A DNA stretch of 64,000 nt from Octopus sinensis (taxonomy: Eukaryota). A model generated the notes under the pieces. The model was not told the DNA's origin. It was given only the letters and a program-made list of their open reading frames with translations, and did no database searches. The first letter of the stretch is position 1. Each line of letters starts with the position of its first letter. Shown here piece by piece: positions 1 through 12,836 of this stretch. The translations under genes and the position numbers were made by a program. Where the stretch lies: contig NC_043006.1 in assembly GCF_006345805.1 (NCBI RefSeq), positions 85,312,001-85,376,000 of the forward strand, given 5' to 3'.

Positions 1-159
1 ACAAACTATAGAATTTTCTCAATAAAGCCAAGAGAAAACGATGTTTTATAAACACATTCTACCAGTATACAAAGTTTAAAAGTGTTTCGTTACGTAGAAA
101 TTATTTTAAAAAACTGCCATTCAAACCGAAAAGATCCAAGTAATGATTCTGGTGAAGAA

Positions 160-450
160 ATGCAGTAGTTGAGAGAGAGGCCCATTATTATTATTCTCCT
201 AAATTTTTTTGTGATTCTGACGATTACTTAACAAATATGGTAGTTGAGAGATAAGCTTATAATTGTTATTCTCCTTAATTTTTTGATAACCCTGACCATC
301 AGATAGCTTAACAAAAGCAGTAGTTGAGAGTAACGTCTATTATTATTATTTTCCTGGATTTTTTTGTGATTCTGTCCATTAGTTTGACTAAGGTAGTAGA
401 AAGGCCTATAATTGTTATTCATCAGAATTTTTTTTTTTATTCTGTTCATT
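160..450. repeat. Degenerate minisatellite, ~72-81-bp unit, about 4 copies
   Basis: GTAGTTGAGAG...ATTATTCTCCT..TTTTTTGTGATTCTG recurs near 163, 238, 319 and 391. Confidence 0.7.
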
Positions 451-578
451 GGTTTGCTGTACATGCAACTATTTATTTTTTTTACTCAAAAGCCCAGGTG
501 GAAAGTTAGACACAGGGGCCCAAGTCTGAAAGGGTTAAACAGCAATAATAATAGAAAATTAACTTCACTTCTACTCAC

Positions 579-677
579 GTGGTCAATGAAGGAAGACAAA
601 TACTTATTCATTATCTCGTGGGCACGAAGAACATCATGACTGGGACCATTGTTACCATTCTCCATACGGTTACCTCC
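579..677 (-). CDS. TMEM67: TMEM67 exon 18 (GGNRMENG...AHEIMNKYLSSFIDH)
   Basis: gttttag| acceptor, CAC|gtgagt donor, 99 nt, MNKxLxSFIDH motif. Confidence 0.92.
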
Positions 678-3600
678 CTAAAACAGAACATACAACAGAA
701 TGGAAAAAAAGACAGTTAATAATGACCTGGCATGCAACAGTTATGTGTATGTGTGTGTTCACATGAGTGTGTATGCTAGTGTGTTATTAATGTGTAAGTT
801 GTGTGTGTGTGAGTGAGAGTGTATGTTAGTATGTGTGTCATCATCATCATTTTAATGTACTGTCTTTTTCTATGCTTCCATGAGTCAAACGGAATTCACT
901 GAGATGGAATTACTATGTCACAATGTCTTTGTTGCCAACTCACACCTATTTCCAAGCAAGATAATATTTCCCATGACCAGACATGTTTTTGCAGAATACT
1001 GGAGCCTGTCATGTGTGTGTGTGTGTGTACAGAGTGTACAGATGCACTTCAGCATTCTTGGTCCTTGTCAAAGATGTGTACTAGCAACCATATGCCAGAT
1101 GAGAAACTATGAGGTGCAATGGAGTTAAATCATCAGCTTTGAATGAATATAACTACATACCCAGAGTCCGTCATCCTATTTTTTCACCCAGGCACACGTG
1201 TATAGCATAGTGTAGCGTAGTGTGTTGTAAATACATCCTGCCTGCCTTAAATTTTCAAAAGAATAGTCTGGATAGAAATTTCATTTTGTGACAAAGACAA
1301 AAATAATAAATATCTAAATAAATAATTAAATTATAAATAAATAAATAGAACTCACCTGCTTGAAGGTTACTGGCATCATAATCTGTACGTAGCACGTTCG
1401 TAATTTGTTGGGTAATGACATTTCAAAGGATTGCTGTTCAGTATTGGGGAGCAAGCCTCGCTCACTGCAAAGATCATTCTGGATGAAGGTAAATAACAAG
1501 ACTTGTTAAAAAAAAATCAGTCATTCATATTTTACACTGTTTAGAGCATATTTTCGTAGACATTGCCTTTAAATTCTGGGGGAATAAAATATAAAAATTT
1601 GACTATTTAATGTCCTACGCTCCTGGAAATTCAATATCTGTAATATCTGTTCTTTTACTGGCCTCAGTCCTTGGATTATGGCCAAGTTTCAGCACCATCT
1701 TCAAGGGATCTAGTTGATCACCTTGTCCACATCTAATTATTTATGTTTGCATTTAATTTTATCAATTTTTTTTATACATCAAAGAGCAAAGTTATCTTTT
1801 CACAAAAAGGTGCAATGCAACTCAGTGTTTCATAATGGTATATATTCACACTTACACACACACACATGCAATCCAGCTACTATATCTTCCTCACATTAGC
1901 ACACCAGGCGAAATGCTTAGCGGTATTTTGTCTACCATTACGTTGTAAGTTCAAATTCCGCCGAGGTCGACTTTGCCTTTCATCCTTTCAGGGTCGATTA
2001 AATAAGTACCAGTTACGCACTGGTCGATTAAATAAGTACCAGTAACGCACTGGGGTCGAAATAATCAACTTAATCCATTTGTCTGTCCTCTCTGTGTTTA
2101 GCCCCTTGTAGGTAGTAAAGAAATAGGTATTTTGTCTGTCTTTACGTTCTGAGATCAAATTCTGTCGAGGTTGACTTCACCTTTCATCCTTTCGGGGTCA
2201 ATAAATTAAGTACAAGTTGCGTACTGGGGTTAATCTAATTGATTGGCCCCCTCCCCAAAAATTTCAGGCTTTGTGCCTAGAGTAGAAAATTATATCTTAC
2301 TCACAGACATAGGTCACCAGACAACTACAACAGAAGATATTTTACCAAGATATCATGCACAAAGAACCCAAAACCACACAGCTAGGCCCACATCTAAAAT
2401 TATATACCTTTTATCTTTTACTAGTTTCAGTCATTAGACTGTAGCCATGCTGGGGCACTGCCTCAAAGAATTTTTAATCAAATCAATCAATCCCAGTACT
2501 TTTTTTTCATGCCTAGTACTTATTCCATCAGTCTCTTTTGCTGAACTGCTAAGTTACAGGGATATAAACACACCAATACTGGAAAACAGGTTTTGAATTA
2601 TAGAACACAATGTTTTCAGCAAGATTTTCAGGAACACAATACTTCCATAACATGGGTGACATTTAAATAAACTTGCACGTATATGGTTGGCAGAATTGGT
2701 AAAGTATTGTAGAAAAAAACCTTGAGGTATTTGATTATGCCCTTTTCTATTTTGAGTTCAAATTTTGTCCAAAACAACTTTGCCTCTTCTCCTTCCAGAG
2801 TCTATAAAATAAGCAGGGATCAAAATGCTGAGGCCAAGAGTGTTTCTAATTTCTAACAAGTATTTCTGTCACTGCAGAAAGTGAGGTGGAATAGGGGGTA
2901 GAGTACAAGGCGAGGGGTTAGAAGAGCAAGGGAGAGCGAGTGGAGGAGAGGGGAGTAAGAGAGAAGAGGAGATAGTGGAAATGGAAGGAGAGGGGGATTA
3001 AGTGAAAGGGAGGGAAGAAATGAGAGGGGGAAGGGAAGAGGGAGGAATGAAGTGAGAGAAGGAAGGAGAGAGGAAGCGAGAGAAGAGGAGAAAACAGGAA
3101 TCGCCCTTACCTGTTCGCGAGACATCATCTTCTGAATGCCTCGAAAGTTTGTATCTGCTTTGCCATGCACAGATCGCCCATGGATATAGTATCCATGTAG
3201 CAGATGATCCATCATGAAGACGCTGATGTTACTCAAAGAGCACAGATCAATAAACTGCTGCATGATGTCTTCAATAAACCTCTCATAGAATATAACTTTG
3301 TACAGCCACTGGCAAGTAGCTACGAAAAAGTAAATTCAACAAACCGTTCAGTCTTTACACAAAACCATGAAACTCAACAAGGATCAAACATTTTAGTTGC
3401 AGAAATATTTTTAATAAACCAAGAATTTATGTTGTACGGTATTTGATATGCCTGTATTTGTCTATGCTGTTCAAATACATACCTTTGCAACTCCCAGCAG
3501 ATTTTTGCTTAATTTATATACATGAGAGGGTACTGAAATGTTCCTGGCTTTGGGAAAAGAAAATACAGGAGGATCAGTTAATTATGATTTTCTTCAACAT

Positions 3601-6600
3601 GTACCCCTCTCGGATTCACTCACTTATTGCTGTGGTCCTTCATTATTATCATCGTTTAACGTCTGCTTTCCATGCTGGCATGGGTTGGACAGTTTGACGG
3701 GAGGGCTGGCAAGCTAGAAGGCTGCACCAGGCTCCAATCTGATCTGGCAAAGTTTCTACAGCTGGATGTCCTTCCTAATGCCAACCACTCCGAGAGTGTA
3801 GTGGGTGCTTTTTACATGCCACCAGCACAGGACCAGTCAGCTGGTACTGGCACTGACCACACTCAAATAGTGTTTTTTATGTGCCATCAACACGGAAGCC
3901 AGTCAGGCGGCACTAGCATTGACCATGCTTGAATGGTGCTTGTTATGTGCCACCAGCACGGGTGCCAATCAAGCAGTACTGTCATCAACCACGACAATGA
4001 CTTCACTTGACTCAACAGGTCTTTGCAAGCGCATTTTATTACCCAATGACTGAAGGGTACTCTTAAATGGGCCGGTTATGCTGCACTGGCATAGGCCATG
4101 TTTACAGTCTCACTTGGCATGCCGGGTCTTCTCAAGCACAGCATATCTCCAAAGGTCTCGATCACTTGTCATCACCTCCTTAAGGCCCAACGTTCAAAGG
4201 TTGTGCTTCACCACCTCATCCCAGGCCTTCCTGGGTCTACCTCTTCCACAGGTTCCCTCTACAGCTAGGGTGTGACACTTTTTCACACAGCTGTCCTCAT
4301 CCATATGCAACACATGACCATACCAGTGCAGTCATCTCTCTTGCACACCACATGTGATGCTTCTTATGTCCAACTTTTCTCTCAGGGTGCTTACACTTTG
4401 TCATGTATGCACACTGACATTACACATCCAGCAGAGCATACTAGCTTCATTCCTTGCAGGTTTACACATGTTCTCAGCAGTCACGGCCCATGTTTCACTG
4501 CCATGTAGCATGGCTGTTCACACACACACAAGCGTCATGCAGTCTACCTTTTACTCTGAGTGAGAGGCCCTTTGTCACCAGCAGATGTAGGAGCTCTCTG
4601 AACTTTGCCCAGACTATTCCTATTCTAGCAGCTACACTCTCCACCCCTGCTACTGACTTGGTCCTCTAATTAACGGAAGCTATCAACTACTACTAGTTTT
4701 TCCCCCTGGCATATGACAGAAGCTGTTCTCTGCACATTTTCAGTGTTTATAGCACCTGAGCATTTGCCACACACACAAAAACTATCTTCCCAGTTAGCCT
4801 TCCTTTGATATTGCTGAACCACTTATGTGTCCATAGCATACACCAGGTACATTTTATGGAGTTTCTACCTACGCCTTTTATACAGATTGAGCAGGGCCAT
4901 CTACCTGAAGGGATTTGTGGTTTGTCTGACTTCCTACTTATTAAGACTTTGGGTTTTTGCTAGATTGACTCTAAGGCCTTTCGATTCTAGACCATGCTGC
5001 CACACCTGAAACTTCTCTAGTTCTGATAGTGACTCAGCAATTAGAGCAAGGTCATCAGCATAGAGAAGCTCCCAAGGGCATTCTGTCTTGAATTGCCCTG
5101 TTATTGCCAGGAGGGCTATGAAGAATAAGAGGGGGCTGAGGACTGATCCTTGGTGGACCCCTACCCAGAATTCTTCACTATACTTGTTACCAACCTTCAC
5201 ATTACTGACAGTATCCCTGTACATGGCTTGTACAGCTCTCACCAACCACTCATCTATCCCTAGTTTCCACATTGACCACGAGATAAAGGATTGGTGGACC
5301 CTGTCAAAGGCTTTCTCTATGTCAACGAAATCCAGGTACAGAGGTTTATCTTTGGCTAGGTATTTCTCCTGCAGCCTTCTTACTAGAAATATAGCATCAG
5401 TGGTGCTTTTCCCTGGCACAAACCCAAACTGCATCTCATCTAAACTGACTCTCTCCCTAATTAGCTGGGCTATGATCCTCTCTGTGACTTTCATTACCTG
5501 ATCCAACAACTTGATACCTCTGTAATTATTCATATCTAATGCATCACCTTTACTTTTGTAGCAGTCGACTATGGTGCACCAATAGTCATACCAATGGCTG
5601 CTACACCAGCCATTGGGTAAGATTCCTTCATATATCACCTGATTGACTATACAGGTGACTAGACTACAGCCAACACTGCCAGATATTTTAAGCATCTCTG
5701 CAGTGATTCCTGATGGGCCAGGAGTTTTTCCTGTCTTCATACCCTTAATTGCTTTATCTACCAATTCGGATAGCTGGTCCCTCTGTTTTCTAAACCCTGT
5801 AAAAGAACTCGGAAGGTTTAACCCCCAACCAGGCCTTTTACGATGCCCTTAAACCCAGGAACTTTTCAGCACCTCCTCATGTGTGCGTCTTTCTTTTGCT
5901 GTTTCTCTCTCTCTCTCTGAATGTGTGAATGGTGAATATATAATGCAACTGCAGGTTAAAAAAAAATGAAATCATTATATTTTGGTAACTTACCAATCAA
6001 AAGATACAAGGTGGTCGAAAGAGTAAATCTGAAAACTCGGTTTTGTGGAACCACGTTACCAGTGTCAGGGGCTGTGAAGCTAGAACTGGCATCATTGAAT
6101 GCAAAATTCTCAAAGCCGACAACTATGAGCAGGAACAACAATGATAAAAGCTGAAAAACAATGTTAATACGTCGGGAGGTTTGAATTTCGACCCATTCAT
6201 TGGCAACAAATAAGACTCTCCAAGCAGACACAGTGGACTCTTTCTGGTGACTTTTTGGTTTTTCCCAGTCAATGAAAAACATGTCCACAGTACACTGCCG
6301 AACAAGTAGTTGAATCATGTGGAAAAACTTCAAGCAAAACGTGACTACGATAAATGAAGAAAACTTTTCTTTCAGTAAAGGACTAGACATTGGTAGAACT
6401 ATCACTGTGTTCTGTTGCTGAAAGAGAAAACAAAAATGGTTCTATCGTGTTCTGGTAAGATTCTGAAAGAAATTATGCAACAAAAAATATATTTTTCTCT
6501 ATATTCCTTATCTTAGGATTTCAAACGAAAAATAGGAAAGCATTAATTCCACATATTCATAATTTAACTTTACTCAATAGCTGTTGAGGTAGAATAAAGA

Positions 6601-9563
6601 TCTCATCACTAAGGTGGAGGTAATAAAGTAATTACTATACATATATAAAACTATATAAGTGCCACTCCCAAACAGTTGAATGAATCCAGGGTAGAGGTAG
6701 GTCCAGGAAGACATGGGATGAGGTGGTCAAGCACAACCTTCGAATGTTGGACCTCACAGAGGCAATGACAAAAGACCGAGACCTCTGGAGATATGCTGTG
6801 ACTATGAAGAGCCGTCAAATAACATGAGTTCATGGCTGTTTCCTGCACCAGCTTCACATAGCAGTCCCAGCCCATCAAAAGTACCTTGGATAGCAGGACA
6901 GCCTACTGTGCTTACCTTGGATCATAGGGCGACCTGCTGTGCTTGAGGAGACCTACTGAGTCAAGTACATCAACATCAAAATAAAAATCAAATGGAAATT
7001 GTAGTTGTGATACCTGTGCTAGTGGCACGTAAAAAGCACCATCCGAATGTGGCCGATGTCAGCGCTGCCTTGACTGGCTTCTGTGCCAGTGGCATGTAAA
7101 AAGCACCAACTGATCATGGCCATTGCCAACCTCCCCTGGCACCTGTGCCAGAGGCATGTAAAAAGCACCCACTACACTCACGGAGTGGTTGGCATTAGGA
7201 AGAGCATCCAACTGTAGAAATACTGCCAGATCAGACTGGAGCTTAGTGCAGCCTCCTGGCTTCCCAGACCCCAGTAGAACCGTCCAACCCATGCTAGCAT
7301 GGAAAACGGTCGTTAAACGATGATGACAATGATGATGATGATTCTTGTAGGAAATTGAATGAATTAATACAATTTTTTTCATCATTTGACTTTTTGGCCA
7401 ACAGATTGGCCCTGTTGTCTCCAAAGGGTTAAGATACTGAGGTCACTCAACTTGATTAACCCTTTTGCTTTCAGGTTTCTTTGTTAAATATATATCTTAT
7501 TCATTCGTATTGTTTTGAATTAACCATGCATTATCTTGTAGCTTCAAGATTCCAATTATGTGTTTGTATATTTTCAGAATGACATTGTAGGGTAGGTATG
7601 AGAGGTTGGATCTGGCAGTCTGAACATAAAACAGGTAGAATATTTGGGAGAGATATGGCTGGTTTAAATGCTAACAGGTTTAACTTAACCATCATTATTG
7701 GTAGACCATTGATTACAGCTGGGATACCACAGACAAGATGAGTAAAAAAAAAAAAAAGTGAAATGACACTATACAGAACTGAACCCTCACTACAGACAAC
7801 TTTTTAACAACTTACCATTATTCTATGGCCCTTGTACCCTAAATATACACACCAGTGGCAATGATAAAACTAATTTTTGGCTGACATTTTTGTGAGTCTA
7901 ATAATTAATATGCAAATAAATTCAATCAACAATCCTTTTTTTTTTATTCTCTGCTGGATCCACTTCATTTCATTTAACCTCCTAATGACTTCAAGAAGGT
8001 CTTCATCCACATAAGGTGTTATCTGTTTGGCGGGATATAAAAGGTTTAGTCCACCTTAACTTTTAAATCCAAACCAAACGATAACAAAGAAGATCTACTG
8101 AGAGCAGCTTAAGTCAGTGTAGAAGAAAAACGACCATCTTTGGTTTCAAGACAAAAGGTGTTCTTCCATCAGGATAATGCTCAGTCACATACAGCAAGGA
8201 TGACATTTCAATGGCTGGAGCAGTTTCAATGGAAAATGATGCCTCAGCTCACCATATTTGCCAGACATTGCCCCATCTGATTATCATTTATTCCAGTCTT
8301 CAAAATCATTTGGACAGAAAAAATATGAATTCTGTAGGCAAGGTCAGAACAATACTGGAGGAGTATTTTTCATAACAGACAAGTGAATTTTGAAAGAGAG
8401 GCCTTGCAAGCCTACCAGATAGATGGAATAGCATTGTAGAAAATGAAGAAGAGTATATTTTAGATTAAAAAAGAACTTTATCTTAATTTTGAAAAATAAA
8501 AGAAGTATAAAAAAACACATTATTTATGGGATGGTGAAGGCACATGGCTCAGTGGTCAGAGCGTCGAGCTTACGATCGTGAGGTTGTGAGTTCGAATCCC
8601 GGACTGGGCTGCGTGTTGTGTTCTTGAGCAAGACACTTTATTTCACGTTGTTCCAGTTCACTCAGCTATAGAAATGAGTAGCGATGTCACAGGTGCCAAG
8701 CTGTATCTGCTGTTGCCTTTCCCTTAGATAACACTGGTGGCATGGAGAGGGGAGGCTGGTATGCATGGGTAACTGCTGGTCTTCCATAAACAACCTTGCC
8801 TTGACTTGTGCCTGGGAGGGTAACTTTCTAGGTGCAATCCCACGGTCAGTCATGACTGAAGGGGGTCTCAATTTATGGGATGACCCAATATTTCCTCGCC
8901 ACTGACAATAAATTTCTCATGCATCACAAAAAAGGAAAGAAAAAAATTTGTTTTACTTACTTTGAAGAAGAGAAGAAAATATATACCAATGCCAAGTATT
9001 GTAAAGAAGAAGACACTACCAAGTGAAGCACACATGTTAAGAAACAGGTTAACCAATGTGGCAAAGTCTATAGAAATGCGTGCCGATCTCTTTGACCATG
9101 CCCATGTATTAAAACCAGCGTAGATTATTGCAAAGACACTCAATGTTCCAAAAGCTATATTGATGCTGTTTTCAATACCAGTTTCATCTTGTAGATATTC
9201 AGATTTGAATATTATCTGAAAAAGGAGACAAATATTCTTTGCTAGAGTATTGTTTCTATATAACCATCCAAAAAAATACACATATTATCATATTACCTGA
9301 TGTAATAACAGAAAGAATATGATAGACCAAAAATCATCATCATTTAACATCCACTTTTCCATGATTGCATGGGTCAGATGGAATTTGGGAGGGGGCAGAT
9401 TTTTGATGGCTTGATGCAATTTCCTATCACCATTCCTCACCTGTTTCTAAGCTAATATTTACCCCACAGCCAGACATGTTTTTCATTGAAGTCTGGGAAC
9501 AAACAACACTGCTTGTATAACAGTGATGTTCATTTACAACCATCACATGATGTCAAAGCAAAG

Positions 9564-9597
<34 letters not shown>

Positions 9598-12500
9598 GCT
9601 CCTTACAGTTTCCATCTACCAAATCAATTCCCAAGGCTTTGGCCAGACCGAGGCTAAAGCAGAAGGCATTTGACCAAAGTGCCACATGGTGGGATTGAAC
9701 CCAAGATTACAAAACTAACTTCTTAGCCACACAGTTATGCCTGCACCTATAAAATGAGAAATGATTCAGGATAATGTAAAAATTAGAAGGTAAGTAACCC
9801 TTTTATATATTTGAGCCGTCCAACCCATGCCAGCTTGGAAAGCGGACGCTAAACGACGATGATGATGTTCTTTTTTGTGTGTTTTCTATGATATGTTTTT
9901 GCATTTGGAGATGTAAATTATCTCCTTCTTTGCTAAGAAGCGCCTTTGTGTTGTTTATTTCTTCTGCAGTGAATTTCACGATTGTTCTTTTTTGTTTTAT
10001 CGCTTCGGCGAAATTTGTTTTGTCCTTGGTATTGGTGGTAGTGTTGGTAGCAGAGGTGTTAGTTGTAGTAGTAGTGTTGGCAGTACTGTCTTTGATGGAG
10101 GTGACGGTGGACGGCTTTGTGATGATTTCGCTGTTGTTGTTGTTGGTGGTGGTGACAGGGCTGTTAACGATCACGGTCGCAGTATCAAAGATGTTGACAG
10201 CGTTCACTTTCACATCTCTCAAATTTGCCTTTGATTTGTTTGTGTTTTCCATGTCTGTAGTTGTATTAGAGTGTGTGTGTGTGCAGGAGTTATTCTTTTT
10301 TTCTCCAAGTGTTTCAAGGCTAGGGAAATGCTGGTGCATGAATGAATTTAACCAGCGTCCCACTATGAAATTTCTCAAATTTTTTCAGTCGAGAAAAAAA
10401 ATAGAAATATAAATAGGGTTGAAACTGCTCCTAGGGACCAATTCCTCCCTTGAACACACACTCAAACAATAGTTGGGTGCTTCACACACCTTGTGTACAA
10501 AAATTAAAACAAAATATGTGCAATAAAAGGTCGAAAAAGGCGATTACCTTCGGAGCCGATGCAACAACACATCCGTCCAGCCGGCCACCCAGTCGGTTGG
10601 TCGGTAGATGGGTAGACAGATAGATATAAATGTGTGTTTGTCTTTTGTGTTTCAGTTTGTTATACACACACACAATCACCACCACCACCACCTGCCTGAT
10701 AACCAGTCCTGGTTTATTTACCTCCCTGTAACTTAGCAATTCAGCAAAAGAGACCAAGAGACTAAGTCTCAGATTAAAACCAAAAAAGAAAAAAAATACT
10801 GGGGGTGGTCAAACTATTCGACTTAAACTTTTCAAGGTGTTGCCCTAGCATGGCCACAGACCTATGACTGAAACAAGTAAAAGATAAAAGGGAAATAAAT
10901 AAAAGATAACTCAATAATACAAACCGGGACATTACTGAGTGCAACTGCAGAAGCCCAAGACCTTTCGCCGTACACAATTTTCAAATATGGAGGATAAATG
11001 AGGCCATTTTTCGTGGGTTGCAGTCGGAAGACAAACTTCATGTACTGAGCAAATCGTACGTAGTTATTGACATAAACTGCAAGAGAAACAATAACATTTG
11101 AATCTAGAATCAAGTATTTTGGGACGAAAAGGTAAGATCAATGAGTTCCAACAGCCACAAGCCCCTAACAGCACAACTAACCAGCATTGGAAGATAAAAT
11201 ACAGTGCAATCCCAGACAAGACTGAACAGAAGATATCCATCATCATCATCATTATCATCATAGTTTAACGTTCGCTTTCCATGCTGGCTGCACCAGGCTC
11301 CAATCTGATCTGGCAGAGTTTCTACTGCTGGATGCCCTTCCTAATGCCAACCACTCCAAGAGTGTAGTGGGTGCTTTTACATGCCACCGGCACGAGGGCC
11401 AGTAAGGCAGTACTGGCGACAGCCACACTCAAATGGTGTCAGTTCATTAAAATCAAAGCTGTGTGAGGAGTCTTTTCCCAACCACATGAAACTATAAGGT
11501 CCCAGATGAGACCGCACTAACAATATCCAGTTCACTAAAATCAAAGCTGTGTGGTGAGAAGTTTGCTTCCTAACCACATGGTTCCAGGTTCAATCCCACT
11601 GCATGGCACCTTGGGCTAATGTCTTCTACTATAGTAAAGCCTTATGAGTGGATTTACTAGACTGAAACTGAAAGCCTGTGATATGGACATGTATATTGAA
11701 TATCTAAGTGTGTGTGCGCTACTGTCCCCATATCTTGATATCACATGATAGCTGTAAACGAGTGTCACCATCACGCAAGCAGTGTCCTTGGTTTCCAATA
11801 TTCTGTGAAAACATATCTGATGATGGGGAAATGTTACCTTATTTGGATAGAGGTGAGTATCGGTGACAGGAAAAGCATCCACCCTCTACAACAAATTCCA
11901 TCCAACCCATGCATCAAAATAATTGGACATTAGAAACGATGATAGTGATGATATCTTCTGTGGTATAGGTGTACTTAAGATAAACTGAAATTACAGAAAA
12001 TCAATATATGTGGGTGTGTGTGTGGAGGCACAATGGCCCAGTGGTTAGTGCAGCAGACTCGCGGTTTCGATTCCCAGACTGGGCGTTGTGAATGTTTATT
12101 GAGCAAAAACATCTAAAGCTCCACGAGGCTCCAGCAGGGGGTGGTGGTGATCCCTGCTGTACTCTTTCGCCAAAACTTTCTCTCACTCTTTCTTCTGTTG
12201 ACCTGCTCACTTAGCCAGCAGGGTGGCGTCATTTGAAGGCTAAAACAATGCAAAGTGCATTGTGACCAGCGATGTGTAGCAACATCTGATACCCTGGTCG
12301 GTCACGGTGATATATATATATATATAGAAATTGAAATCAAATTCGATGACTGGTATCCGTGCTAGTGGAACACTAAAAGTACCATCCAAGCGTGATCGTT
12401 GCCAGAGTAACAAACTGGCTTCCGTGACGGTGGCACATAAAAAGCACCATTCGAGCATAATCGTTACCTGCCTTACTGGCACTTGTGCTGGTGGCACATG

Positions 12501-12798
12501 AAAAAACATTCGAGCGAGGTCGTTGCCAGTGCCACTGGACTGGCTTCTGTGCAGGTGACACATGAAAAGCACCATTTGAGCATGGCCATTGCCAGTACTG
12601 CCTGACTGGCCCTTGTGCCGGTGGAACATAAAAGCACCCACTATACTCTTGGAGTGGTTGGCATTAGGAAGGGCATCCAGCTGTAGAAACTCTGCTAGAT
12701 CAGACTTGAACCTGATGCAGCCATCTAGTTCGCCAGACTTCAGTCAAGTCGTCCAACCCATGCTAGCATGGGAAGCGGACGTTAAACGATGATGATGA

Positions 12799-12836
<38 letters not shown>

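Noticed and set aside
8536-8620. tRNA-like A/B boxes here and at about 12022, 28803 and 38010
   Set aside because: They continue into SINE bodies and lack a complete cloverleaf; not tRNA genes.
9803-10412. 191-aa and 177-aa overlapping Thr/Val-rich ORFs
   Set aside because: Low-complexity trinucleotide-rich sequence ending in an RTE-type tail; probably the 5' remnant of a retroelement or noise, with no recognisable domain.
11812-11840. CTGATGA-TGGG-GAAA
   Set aside because: No room for helix II; it is a mutated SINE segment (consensus CTGGCCATGGGGAAAT).
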